Under the pieces are notes generated by a model. The model did no database searches, was not told where the DNA came from, and saw nothing but the letters and a program-made list of their open reading frames with translations. Below are positions 17,645 to 26,989 of a stretch of DNA of 52,683 bases, in pieces. The stretch is from Ichthyobacteriaceae bacterium (GTDB taxonomy: Bacteria; Bacteroidota; Bacteroidia; Flavobacteriales; JADGDT01): positions 1-52,683 of the forward strand of contig JAGLDK010000032.1 of the NCBI GenBank assembly GCA_023145615.1, in the 5' to 3' direction. Within the stretch, counting starts at the first letter, position 1, and the number at the start of each line of letters is the position of its first letter. The position numbers and the translations under genes are program-made.

Positions 17645-19798
17645 ATGGCAGCATTAAATCAAATACGAGCTAAGTCTGGTTGGCTAATTGTAATAATAGG
17701 TTTTGCATTGTTTGCATTTGTACTAGGAGATCTTGTAAAATCAGGTACTTCAATTATGAATGGTAACCGCACAGTGGTTGGAGTTATCGATGGTAAAGAA
17801 ATTTCGTATCAGGAGTTTAACCCTGAAGTGAAAAGAACACTTGATGCTTATAAAAGACAAGGATTAAATTCTACAACTCAAGCATCGAATATTGCTTGGA
17901 ATAATATGGAGCAAACTGTATTAGTTGATAACGAAATTGAAAAACTAGGAATTAATATTGGAGAAGAGGAACTTTGGGATTTAATAATTAATGATGCTAG
18001 TATTCAAAATGCACCTTCGTTTAAAAATGCTGCAGGTACTTTCGACGAAAACAAAGTAAAAGAGTACTTGGCTTATTTACGTCAAAATGCTGGATCGAAC
18101 GCACAAGCTGGTCAGCTTTGGTACGATTGGGTAAACTTCGAAAAGTCGTTAAAAGAACGTAGTATTGTTAATAATTACTATAACCTAATTAAGGCAGGTA
18201 TTAGTGCTACTGATGTTGAAGGTGAAACTGAATACAAAAACAGTAGCGATAAAGTAAGTGCTAAATATGTTTACTTACCTTATAGCGGTGTTGATAATAA
18301 AGATGTGAAAGTTTCGGATAGCGAAATTAAAAGTTACATTTCTAATAATCAAGACGAATTTAAAGCTGATGCTAGTAGAGATATTCAATATGTATTTTTT
18401 GCCTTAGAAGCTTCGTTAAATGACGAGCAGAAAGCAAAAGAAGAAGTTGAATTTTTAATAAAAGATCGTGAGGAGTTTAATAACTCAACAAAAAGTAACG
18501 ATGTTATTTCTGGATTTAAAAATACTACAGAAGATTCATTATTTGTATCTGTAAAATCGGATGTTAGATTTGATAGTAAATTTTACCACGAAGGAGCTTT
18601 AACTAACGATCTTAACAAATTTGCTTTTGCTGCAAAGGTTGGAGATATTTATGGTCCTTATAAAGATGGTAATGCTTATGCTGTATCAAAATTAATTGAC
18701 ACTAAGGTTATGCCAGATTCTGTTAAGGCAAGTCACATACTTATATCTTACAAAGGAAGTCAATCTGCAAAGCCTGAAACTACTCGTACAATTGACGAGG
18801 CTAAAAATTTAGCTGATAGTTTAGCAAATGTACTTAATAAAACATCAAGCAAATTTGTTGAATTAGCAACTGATTTTTCTGAAGGACCTACTGCTACTAA
18901 AGGTGGAGATTTAGGTTGGTTTACTAACGGTACAATGGTTCCTGAATTTAACCAATATGCTTTTGCTAATAAAAAAGGAAGCATTGGAGTTGTTAAAACT
19001 GTTTTTGGATACCACGTTATAAAAATTGAAGATCAAAAAAACATTGCTAAAGCTGTTAAGTTAGCTACTATTGTTAGAAATATTGTAATATCTGACGATA
19101 CTGATAATGATGTTTACAACAAGGCATCGGCTTTTAATAATTCAAATAAAGATCTTGCTTCTTTCGGAGCTGCTGCACAAGCTAAGTCTTACCAATTAAG
19201 AAACGTTGAAGGACTTACTGCTATGGATTATAATATTCCTGGTATTGGAGATCAAAGAGAAATTATACGTTGGGCATTTAACGAAGATACTAAGATTGAG
19301 GAAACAAAATTAAAGTCGGTAGAAAATGGTTACTTAGTAGCTATGCTTACTAATAAATCAGTTGAAGGTTTAAAATCGGTAGACGTTGTACGTGCTCAGG
19401 TTGAACCATTATTGATTAACGAAAAAAAGGCGGCTATTTTAGAGGAGAAGTTAAAAGGAAAAACTTTAGATGCTATTGCTGCATCGGCTAAAGTAGAAGT
19501 TAAAACTGCAAACAGCATTAGTTTCAGCAACCCTGTACTTGCAGGAGCTGGACGTGAGCCAAAAGTAGTTGGAGAAATGTTCGGAATGAAAAAGAACGTT
19601 GTATCTGAGCCTATTGAAGGTAAAAACGGAGTGTACGTTGTAGAGGTAACAGAAGCTAAATCAGCAACTGATTTATCAAACTACGCATCATATACCAAAA
19701 AACTTGAAGGTACTCAGAAATCATCTGTAAACAGAAACGTAGTACCAGCATTAAGAAACTCAGTACAGATTACTGATAACCGTGCAAAATTCTACTAG
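17645..19798 (+). CDS. ppiD: PpiD-like membrane-anchored parvulin peptidyl-prolyl isomerase/chaperone
   Basis: N-terminal TM anchor, SurA_N-like region, VKASHILI...GGDLGWF...MVPEF...TVFGYHVIKI. Confidence 0.85.
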   Translation: MAALNQIRAKSGWLIVIIGFALFAFVLGDLVKSGTSIMNGNRTVVGVIDGKEISYQEFNPEVKRTLDAYKRQGLNSTTQASNIAWNNMEQTVLVDNEIEKLGINIGEEELWDLIINDASIQNAPSFKNAAGTFDENKVKEYLAYLRQNAGSNAQAGQLWYDWVNFEKSLKERSIVNNYYNLIKAGISATDVEGETEYKNSSDKVSAKYVYLPYSGVDNKDVKVSDSEIKSYISNNQDEFKADASRDIQYVFFALEASLNDEQKAKEEVEFLIKDREEFNNSTKSNDVISGFKNTTEDSLFVSVKSDVRFDSKFYHEGALTNDLNKFAFAAKVGDIYGPYKDGNAYAVSKLIDTKVMPDSVKASHILISYKGSQSAKPETTRTIDEAKNLADSLANVLNKTSSKFVELATDFSEGPTATKGGDLGWFTNGTMVPEFNQYAFANKKGSIGVVKTVFGYHVIKIEDQKNIAKAVKLATIVRNIVISDDTDNDVYNKASAFNNSNKDLASFGAAAQAKSYQLRNVEGLTAMDYNIPGIGDQREIIRWAFNEDTKIEETKLKSVENGYLVAMLTNKSVEGLKSVDVVRAQVEPLLINEKKAAILEEKLKGKTLDAIAASAKVEVKTANSISFSNPVLAGAGREPKVVGEMFGMKKNVVSEPIEGKNGVYVVEVTEAKSATDLSNYASYTKKLEGTQKSSVNRNVVPALRNSVQITDNRAKFY

Positions 19799-19855
19799 TA
19801 GATGTTGTATTAAAAGTTTGTAACAGTATTTTTACTGATACTTATTTATAAATAA

Positions 19856-19899
19856 AAAAAAAGGCGGAATAGGATTTATATCTTATTCCGCCTTTTTTT
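19856..19899 (+). terminator. Intrinsic terminator
   Basis: AAGGCGGAATAGGAT-TTAT-ATCTTATTCCGCCTT followed by a T run. Confidence 0.85.
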
Positions 19900-20159
19900 G
19901 TGCTTTTTTCTTTTTTCGAAATAAATGATTATTTGTTTTTTATATAGGTTTAAATATTAAACATCAATAATAGTAGTAAGTGTATTTTGTATGATAGAAC
20001 CATAAAATAATAGTTTGTTTTATAGCTTTTATCATATAAAATAATCATTTAAACAGTGTTATTATTTGTAATTAATTAGCATAAACTACATTGTAGTTAC
20101 TTAATTTTAAAAGGTTAGTTGTTTTAGTTTGATGTTTAATTATTAATTATATACTCGAA

Positions 20160-21941
20160 ATGATGAAATTTAAATTAGTGTTTTTGTTGATGGTATTTCT
20201 GTCAACACCTGAATTTGCATTTAGCCAAAGTGGGTTGCCTATGAATGACGAGATAGTACCTGAGCACCCAAAACGAGAAGTTAGAGGAACTTGGATTTCA
20301 ACAGTTTTAAACCTCGATTGGCCAATACTTGGAGCGTCTGCACAATCTCAAAAAGATGATTTAATTAAAATATTTGATGATTTATACGAATCAAATATTA
20401 ATGTTATTTACTTTCAAGTTCGTCCGGTTGCCGATTGTTTTTATAAATCTGAAATTGTGCCATGGTCTTATTATTTAACAGGTGTTCAAGGTAACGATCC
20501 GGGTTACGATCCGTTAGAGTTTGCAATTATCGAAGCTCATAAAAGAGGAATAGAACTTCATGCTTGGTTAAATCCTTTAAGATCAACAAAAGGAAGTTAT
20601 AGTTTAGCTGCAAATCATGTTTTAAACGAGCATCCTGATTGGGAAATGGTTGGTAAGTATATTATAAATCCAGGTTTGCCAGAAGTACGACAGCATATTG
20701 TAGATGTAGTAGAAGAGATAGTTAAGAATTATGATATTGATGGTATTCATTTCGATGATTTCTTTTATTCGTATAATGGAACTAGTTTAGAAGATGATGA
20801 AGAATCATATAATAATTATAATCCAGAAGGTTTGCCAATTTTCGATTGGAGAAGAGATAATATAGATAAAATGATTACAGGTGTGCAAACTGTAATACTT
20901 GAAAATAATATTGCACAACAAAAAGGTATTGTTTTCGGAATTAGTCCTTCAGGAATATGGAAGGCAGGTAACCCTCCTGGTATTTCAGGTACATCTTCGT
21001 ATAGTGCAATTTATGTTAATTCTAAAAAGTGGTTAGAAGAGCAAATGGTTGATTATTTAATGCCTCAACTTTATTGGGAATTTGGCGGTGGTCAGGATTA
21101 TGAAAGTTTATCTGGTTGGTGGGATGATATTGCTGAAAGCGGAGAACGATATCTTATGCCAGGTTTGGCTTCATATAAATTAAACGATAGTCATGATTGG
21201 CCAAAAGAAGTAATTATTAATCAAGTTAAAGAATCAAGATCATTAGAAAATGAAAATACTTATGGTGTTTCTTTTTTCAGATCAGATTATGTTACTGAAG
21301 ATATAAAAGGTGTAAGCTCAACTTTAGTTGAAGAAGAATATAAATACACATCTTTTTCTCCTGCTTATATGTGGGTTGATAATGTGCATCCTTATCCTCC
21401 AGGAAAGGTAACTTTGGTTGATAATACTCTTTCGTGGACTCCTTCTCCGGTAGCTACCGATGGTGATTATGCTCGTAGATATGTTGTTTATAGGTTTGAT
21501 GATAATAATTTTGTAGCTAACGATTATTACGACGGTACTAATATTGTTACTGTAACTTATAATACTACTTATGAAATTGCTGATACCCCGGCTAAGGCAG
21601 CAGAAGATACTGGAGTGTATGTTGTTACTGCATTAGATGATGTAAATAATGAGAGTTTTGCAACAATAGCAAACGATAATGGATTAGGTTTGTCGGTTGA
21701 TGTTAATGAAGTAATTGAGATAAATATGTATCCAAACCCTGCAAAAGGAATTGTAAGTGTTGATTTAACTAACGGAACTAAGAATATAGTTGTTTTTGAT
21801 GTAGTAGGAAAAACAGTTTATAATACTACTACATCTGCAAGTAATGTTTCTATTGATGTTAACAATTGGAGTAGGGGAATTTATTTTGTAAATGTTTATC
21901 AAAATGGAATTAAAAAAGTATCTCGACTTATTAAAGAATAA
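20160..21941 (+). CDS. GHL10 (DUF187, YddW/DigH-like) glycoside hydrolase with FN3-like domain and T9SS type A CTD
   Basis: REVRGTWISTVLNLDWP, FQVRP, YDPLEFAIIEAHKRGIELHAWLNP, YDIDGIHFDD and DYLMPQLYW. CTD MYPNP...GIYFV...RLIKE. Confidence 0.9.
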   Translation: MMKFKLVFLLMVFLSTPEFAFSQSGLPMNDEIVPEHPKREVRGTWISTVLNLDWPILGASAQSQKDDLIKIFDDLYESNINVIYFQVRPVADCFYKSEIVPWSYYLTGVQGNDPGYDPLEFAIIEAHKRGIELHAWLNPLRSTKGSYSLAANHVLNEHPDWEMVGKYIINPGLPEVRQHIVDVVEEIVKNYDIDGIHFDDFFYSYNGTSLEDDEESYNNYNPEGLPIFDWRRDNIDKMITGVQTVILENNIAQQKGIVFGISPSGIWKAGNPPGISGTSSYSAIYVNSKKWLEEQMVDYLMPQLYWEFGGGQDYESLSGWWDDIAESGERYLMPGLASYKLNDSHDWPKEVIINQVKESRSLENENTYGVSFFRSDYVTEDIKGVSSTLVEEEYKYTSFSPAYMWVDNVHPYPPGKVTLVDNTLSWTPSPVATDGDYARRYVVYRFDDNNFVANDYYDGTNIVTVTYNTTYEIADTPAKAAEDTGVYVVTALDDVNNESFATIANDNGLGLSVDVNEVIEINMYPNPAKGIVSVDLTNGTKNIVVFDVVGKTVYNTTTSASNVSIDVNNWSRGIYFVNVYQNGIKKVSRLIKE

Positions 21942-21972
21942 ATAGAGCTTATTTAACTGAGTGGTATTAAAT

Positions 21973-22028
21973 AAAAGACCTCAGTAATAGATGAAAACAA
22001 TTGGTTTTATTTATTGCTGGGGTCTTTT
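21973..22028 (+). terminator. Long terminator hairpin
   Basis: AAAAGACCTCAGTAATAGAT...ATTTATTGCTGGGGTCTTTT with G-U pairs. Confidence 0.65.
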
Positions 22029-22378
22029 GTTTTAAGTTTTTAAACATGTTGTGTTTACTTAATTTAAACTAATTAATGCAAGTTGTTTGTGTTTTTTAAT
22101 CATATTTAATTATTTCTTAAAGCTATTTTAATAGAGGAGGTAAAAATCTCGGATTACTAAATTTAAATTACTAAACTCAATTTTGTAAAATCTATCGTAT
22201 AAATATATGTTTTAAATCATTTTGTTTGTTTTGTGTTGATGCATATCTAAATGTTTGTGTTTTAATCTTAATTGCAATTAAAAGTGGCGTGTTTGTAATA
22301 TTTTTATAATTGTAATTGATTATTTTATGAATGATTAATTATAATGCTTTAATTATTAATCAGATACACTAAATTAAC

Positions 22379-24661
22379 ATGATTAAGAATATTACATTAA
22401 CGCTTTTGCTTGCAATGTTTGTAAGTTTTGCATTTGCACAAAATAAATTGAATTTAGAAAATTCTTCATCTCGATTTACAGTAGGCAATAGAGATTGGCC
22501 AGCAGGAGAAGGTGAAGCTTCTGTTTGTTTGTGGGACGATGATAGGCTTGCTGCTTTTACCATTACTATTGATGATAATATTGAAAATAATATTCCATTT
22601 TGGAAATCAATGAATGCTAAATATGGCTTTAATTTTACATGGTTTTTAATAACAGAAGCTGCTACTCAGTATAATGTTTCGCCAAAAGGTTGGGATTTAT
22701 ATAATGAACTTGCTGAAACTGGAAATCAAATTAATGGTCATGATGATAGAAATTGGTACACCATAACGCCTCTTCCTCCTGGAGTTACAAACCCTACCGA
22801 TGCTGAATATTTAGATCGTATTACTGCTACAAAAACTAAGGTTGAAACTGAGGTAACTTCGGGAAATAATAAGTGTTTAACTTATGCGTTTCCTTTTGGA
22901 GAAGGAAACGAAACAGAAGCAAGAAAAATATTTATTGCAAATAGAGGAACTACTGGAACTTTGAATCAAGCTAATGAAATAAATTATTTTAATGTAAACT
23001 CAATTTCAAACCCATATGTTTACACCGATCAATCGAGTAGAGATAAGTATATACTTCCGCTTATTACAACATCATCTACTTTATTTGGCGAAAATTTTTA
23101 TAGAGGATGGGGGTCTACACATTTTCATGCTTTACATACTACTGCCGAAGAAGGTATAGTTGATGATTTTTTACAGTATTTATCGGATAAAGAAGACGAT
23201 ATATGGGTAGATGGTTTTACCAGAGTAGCTCAATATTCTCAGTCTTTTGCTACGCATAATTTGGTTATTGATGAGGCAACTCCAGTACAAATTAAGTTTA
23301 CGCTAACCGACGATATGTTAGATTCGGCTTTCGATTATCCATTAACGGTTAAAATAAAAGTGGGAGATGCTTGGGCAAATGTAACAGCAACACAAAACGG
23401 AGCTTCGGTTGCGGCTAAAATAATATCATATATTGGTAGTAAATATGTTTTGGTTAATGCTGTGCCAGATGGTGGTCAGGTTATAGTTAATGGAGTTATA
23501 GACGATGATCCTGCTATTTTTGATCCAATAGGAGACCAAACAGTTATGGAAGAAGAAGTATTAGAGCTGAACTTTTCGGCATCTAACTTTGCAGATAGTG
23601 ATATTACATTTATAGTTGATGGTGTTGATGAAACAGGTTTTGGGGTGTTTACTGATAATGGAGATGGAACAGGTAGCATTGTATTTTCTCCACAGTTATA
23701 CGATAAAGGAACATATAATATAACAATTAATGCATACAACGGAGTTAGCACAACTTCTATAAGTTTTGTTTTAACAGTTACTGATGATGGATCAGTAAAC
23801 GAAATTACAGCTAGTAAAGAAGATGCAGCAGTGTACGATCCTGAACATGGTTTTGTTGATAATAAAAACAGAACAGAAATTATTGCAGGTGGATCGTATA
23901 GTGATGATGGTAAACAATTGTCGGCAGTTTTTCCTTTTTTATTACCATTGCCTAATGGTTTTGAAGTAATAGATGCTAATTTTTCATTAAATTTAGAAAG
24001 AACAAATGGCGATGTATCAGGTATTAGTCTTGATTTGTATGGATTAGATTATAGAACAGCAGCAACAGTTTTGGTTACCGATAATTATTCGGGTACGTAT
24101 AATGGAGATACGTCGGCAGATGCTTTGCAAGAAAGCTTTACTACAGATGCAACACCAGTTGGAGTGGTAGAAGTTAACTCAAGTGGGAAATTGAAATTGA
24201 TAGATTACCTAAATACTCAGTACGATAATAACGGAGCCGAAAGTTTTGTATTTATACGTATAAGTCCTGATGTGTCGGTAAATAATCAATATAATCGTTA
24301 CTATTTTACTTCGTCGGATGGAGCTGAATTAAATGATGGTATTTACCCAACTTTATTAATTAAATTCGGAAAAGATAAACCATTAAGTAATAATGATAAT
24401 TACGAAAAATTATCTCCTATAAATATTTACCCAAATCCTTCAAATGGTGGAGAGTTAAATATATCATCTAAAAACTTTGCTAATAGCGATGTTTCAATTG
24501 AATTAATAAACATTAGCGGACAAAGTATATTTGTTAAATATAAAAATGCTAAACAAGGTAATTTTACTGTAAATTTAGATAGTGGTATTGCTAAAGGAAT
24601 GTATTTTCTGAAAATAGAAGGAAACAATACTATATCAGTTACTAAAATATTTATTGACTAG
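22379..24661 (+). CDS. Secreted polysaccharide deacetylase (CE4/NodB-like) with Ig-like domains and T9SS type A CTD
   Basis: Signal peptide AFA|Q, FTITIDD, NGH, YAFPFG, HFH and IWVD. Ig-like repeat (DNGDGTGSIVFSP). CTD IYPNPS...GMYFLKI...TKIFID. Confidence 0.78.
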   Translation: MIKNITLTLLLAMFVSFAFAQNKLNLENSSSRFTVGNRDWPAGEGEASVCLWDDDRLAAFTITIDDNIENNIPFWKSMNAKYGFNFTWFLITEAATQYNVSPKGWDLYNELAETGNQINGHDDRNWYTITPLPPGVTNPTDAEYLDRITATKTKVETEVTSGNNKCLTYAFPFGEGNETEARKIFIANRGTTGTLNQANEINYFNVNSISNPYVYTDQSSRDKYILPLITTSSTLFGENFYRGWGSTHFHALHTTAEEGIVDDFLQYLSDKEDDIWVDGFTRVAQYSQSFATHNLVIDEATPVQIKFTLTDDMLDSAFDYPLTVKIKVGDAWANVTATQNGASVAAKIISYIGSKYVLVNAVPDGGQVIVNGVIDDDPAIFDPIGDQTVMEEEVLELNFSASNFADSDITFIVDGVDETGFGVFTDNGDGTGSIVFSPQLYDKGTYNITINAYNGVSTTSISFVLTVTDDGSVNEITASKEDAAVYDPEHGFVDNKNRTEIIAGGSYSDDGKQLSAVFPFLLPLPNGFEVIDANFSLNLERTNGDVSGISLDLYGLDYRTAATVLVTDNYSGTYNGDTSADALQESFTTDATPVGVVEVNSSGKLKLIDYLNTQYDNNGAESFVFIRISPDVSVNNQYNRYYFTSSDGAELNDGIYPTLLIKFGKDKPLSNNDNYEKLSPINIYPNPSNGGELNISSKNFANSDVSIELINISGQSIFVKYKNAKQGNFTVNLDSGIAKGMYFLKIEGNNTISVTKIFID

Positions 24662-24680
24662 TATTTATTCAGTTTTAAAT

Positions 24681-24722
24681 AAAAAAACAGCCCAATGGTT
24701 TTTAATCATTGGGCTGTTTTTT
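24681..24722 (+). terminator. Intrinsic terminator (potentially bidirectional)
   Basis: A7-CAGCCCAATGGTT-TTT-AATCATTGGGCTG-T6. Confidence 0.85.
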
Positions 24723-24820
24723 ATTGTACTTTTAATAAAGTTGCTTATAGTATTGAATTTTCGAAATAAATAGGGGTAGATTTATTAATGATTGCGATTT
24801 TATAAAAAGTATATCACATT

Positions 24821-24862
24821 TTTTTAGACTATAACGTTTGTAACGATAATAACGAATTTTAA
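24821..24862 (-). repeat. Dispersed 42-bp intergenic element, copy 2
   Basis: Minus strand TTAAAATTCGTTATTATCGTTACAAACGTTATAGTCTAAAAA, 3 mismatches to 7687-7728. Confidence 0.8.
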
Positions 24863-24889
24863 AAATTTAAGGTTGTTAACGTTGCTCAC

Positions 24890-24930
24890 AAAAAAAGCCT
24901 CCGCTTTAAATAAATAAAGTGGAGGCTTTT
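24890..24930 (-). terminator. Terminator of the aromatic amino acid operon
   Basis: Plus strand A7-GCCTCCGCTTTA...TAAAGTGGAGGC-TTTT. Confidence 0.8.
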
Positions 24931-24958
24931 AATATGTTAATACAAAATTTACTGATGA

Positions 24959-26044
24959 TTATTTCATCAACTTATCTTGCTTGTTTATTGATTCTTCGTG
25001 TACAGCATCTAAGAATTTTTTAGTGAATTTATCACTTAATCCAGCAGCTTCACCTTTTTGTTTTCTGTCTTCTAAAAGCTCATCCCAACGGTTAGCTTGT
25101 AATACTGCTACATTCGATGATTTTTTAACCTCACCAATTTGTCTAGCAACATCCATACGTTGTCCTAAAATAGCAATTAAGCGGTGGTCAAGCTCATCAA
25201 TTTGAGTTCTTAAAGCATCTAGTTTTTTAACCTCAGCAGTGTTTTCTGCTTGCTCTTTTCTTAACTGAAGCTCTTCAGTCATTTCAATAGCACGTGCAGG
25301 CACAACTTGTTGTTTAGCATCAGACCAAGCCTCATCAGGATTAACGTGAGATTCAATCATTAAACCATCAAAGTTAAGGTTTAATGCAGTTTGAGATATG
25401 CTAAATAACAACTCTCTGTTACCAGCAATGTGCGAAGGATCACAAATTACAGGAATGTTTGGTAATCTACGTTTAAACTCTATTGGAATTTGCCATTTTG
25501 GAGCGTTACGATATTGTATTTTTTCGTAAGTTGAAAAACCACGGTGTATAGCACCTAATTTTTTAACACCAACAGCGTTTAATCTTTCTAAACCACCAAT
25601 CCATAAATCTAAATCTGGGTTTATTGGGTTTTTAACTAAAACCGGAATATCTAAACCTCCAAATTCTTTAATAGCATCAGCAATTTCCTGTACAGCAAAA
25701 GGGTTTACTGTAGTACGAGCACCAACCCAAAGCATATCCATTTTATATTGAATAGCTAAACGTACGTGATCTCTAGTAGCAACTTCAGTACCAACTTTTA
25801 AACCGTAAGTATCTCTTACTTTGTTTAACCATTGAAGTCCTGGTTCACCAACACCTTCAAAAGTTCCGGGCTTAGTACGAGGTTTCCATACACCTGCACG
25901 AAATACGTGCACGTTTTTGTGAATTAAATCTTTTGCAGTTGCCATTACTTGCTCTTCAGTTTCTGCACTACAAGGACCAACAATTCCTAATGGTAATGAA
26001 TCATCACCTTTTAATCCCCAATCTTTTAAATCTACTGTATCCAT
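24959..26044 (-). CDS. Bifunctional DAHP synthase (type I-beta) / chorismate mutase
   Basis: GPCSAE, RAGVWKPRT, GARTTVNPF, IHRGF and CDPSH. C-terminal AroQ domain LRTQIDELD...QRMDVARQIG. Confidence 0.93.
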   Translation of the reverse strand: MDTVDLKDWGLKGDDSLPLGIVGPCSAETEEQVMATAKDLIHKNVHVFRAGVWKPRTKPGTFEGVGEPGLQWLNKVRDTYGLKVGTEVATRDHVRLAIQYKMDMLWVGARTTVNPFAVQEIADAIKEFGGLDIPVLVKNPINPDLDLWIGGLERLNAVGVKKLGAIHRGFSTYEKIQYRNAPKWQIPIEFKRRLPNIPVICDPSHIAGNRELLFSISQTALNLNFDGLMIESHVNPDEAWSDAKQQVVPARAIEMTEELQLRKEQAENTAEVKKLDALRTQIDELDHRLIAILGQRMDVARQIGEVKKSSNVAVLQANRWDELLEDRKQKGEAAGLSDKFTKKFLDAVHEESINKQDKLMK

Positions 26045-26149
26045 ATCTATTTAGTTTTGGTTCTTGTCTATAGCTGTTAGCTTAAAACCTAAACCTGTAT
26101 TAGTTTTATTTATATACTTATTAACTACTTGTTAATAACTGTTTTTTTA

Positions 26150-26989
26150 TTAAAGTACTTTTTTAACCTCGTTAGCTTGACTGATTAAAGTTTTAACTAC
26201 TTCGGCATTTCCGCTTTTAATAGCGTGTTTAAATAATGTTATACTCTCAATATAATTATCAAGCACTTCAAGTACATTATCTTTATTTTCCGAGAAAATT
26301 GCTTCCCACGTATCTTTATTACTCTTTGCTAATCTAACAGTTGATCTAAATCCACCACTTGCTAAAGTTGTAATGTTTTTGGCACTTTTTTCTTTATTTA
26401 AAACCGTTAGTGCCAATGCAAATGATGTAATGTGTGATATATGAGAAACGTAAGCTGCACTAATATCATGCTCCTTTCCGCTCATATATTCAATATCTCC
26501 ACCAATCGACTTATATATTTGCTCAACCTTTTCTACCCTGTCAATATCCGATTTATCAGCATCGCATATAATAATAGCTTTGTTGTTGAATAAATTTCCA
26601 ATTGCAGCTTCCGGACCCGAAAATTCAGTACCTGCCATTGGGTGTGTTGCCACAAACTGACTTCTTTTAGGATGATTCTCTAACTCCAGAAGTATTCCTT
26701 CCTTTGTTGATCCTACATCAATTAAAGTTTGATTTTTTAGCTTGTCAAGTAATTTCGATGCAATGTTTTTTGCACTAGTTACCGGTATTGCAAGTATAAT
26801 AAAATCTGCTTTTGTAATAGCATCATCTAAATTTAAAATTTCATCAACTAAACCAATTTCTAAAGCCTTATTAGCATGTTCAGTATTATTTTCAACACCA
26901 ATAAAATATTTAAACTGATTTGCGTGCCTAAAATCCTTGGCTAACGAACCTCCTATAAGTCCAAGACCTATTATTGCAACACTACTCAT
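26150..26989 (-). CDS. tyrA: Prephenate dehydrogenase
   Basis: IIGLGLIGGSLA, DVGSTK, HPMAGTE, HD...AYVSHISH and GGFRSTVRLA. Confidence 0.93.
   Translation of the reverse strand: MSSVAIIGLGLIGGSLAKDFRHANQFKYFIGVENNTEHANKALEIGLVDEILNLDDAITKADFIILAIPVTSAKNIASKLLDKLKNQTLIDVGSTKEGILLELENHPKRSQFVATHPMAGTEFSGPEAAIGNLFNNKAIIICDADKSDIDRVEKVEQIYKSIGGDIEYMSGKEHDISAAYVSHISHITSFALALTVLNKEKSAKNITTLASGGFRSTVRLAKSNKDTWEAIFSENKDNVLEVLDNYIESITLFKHAIKSGNAEVVKTLISQANEVKKVL

Noticed and set aside
22236-22281. FNR/CRP-like TTGAT-N4-ATCTA and palindrome TTAATTGCAATTAA upstream of the deacetylase
   Set aside because: Short AT-rich matches with no independent support.
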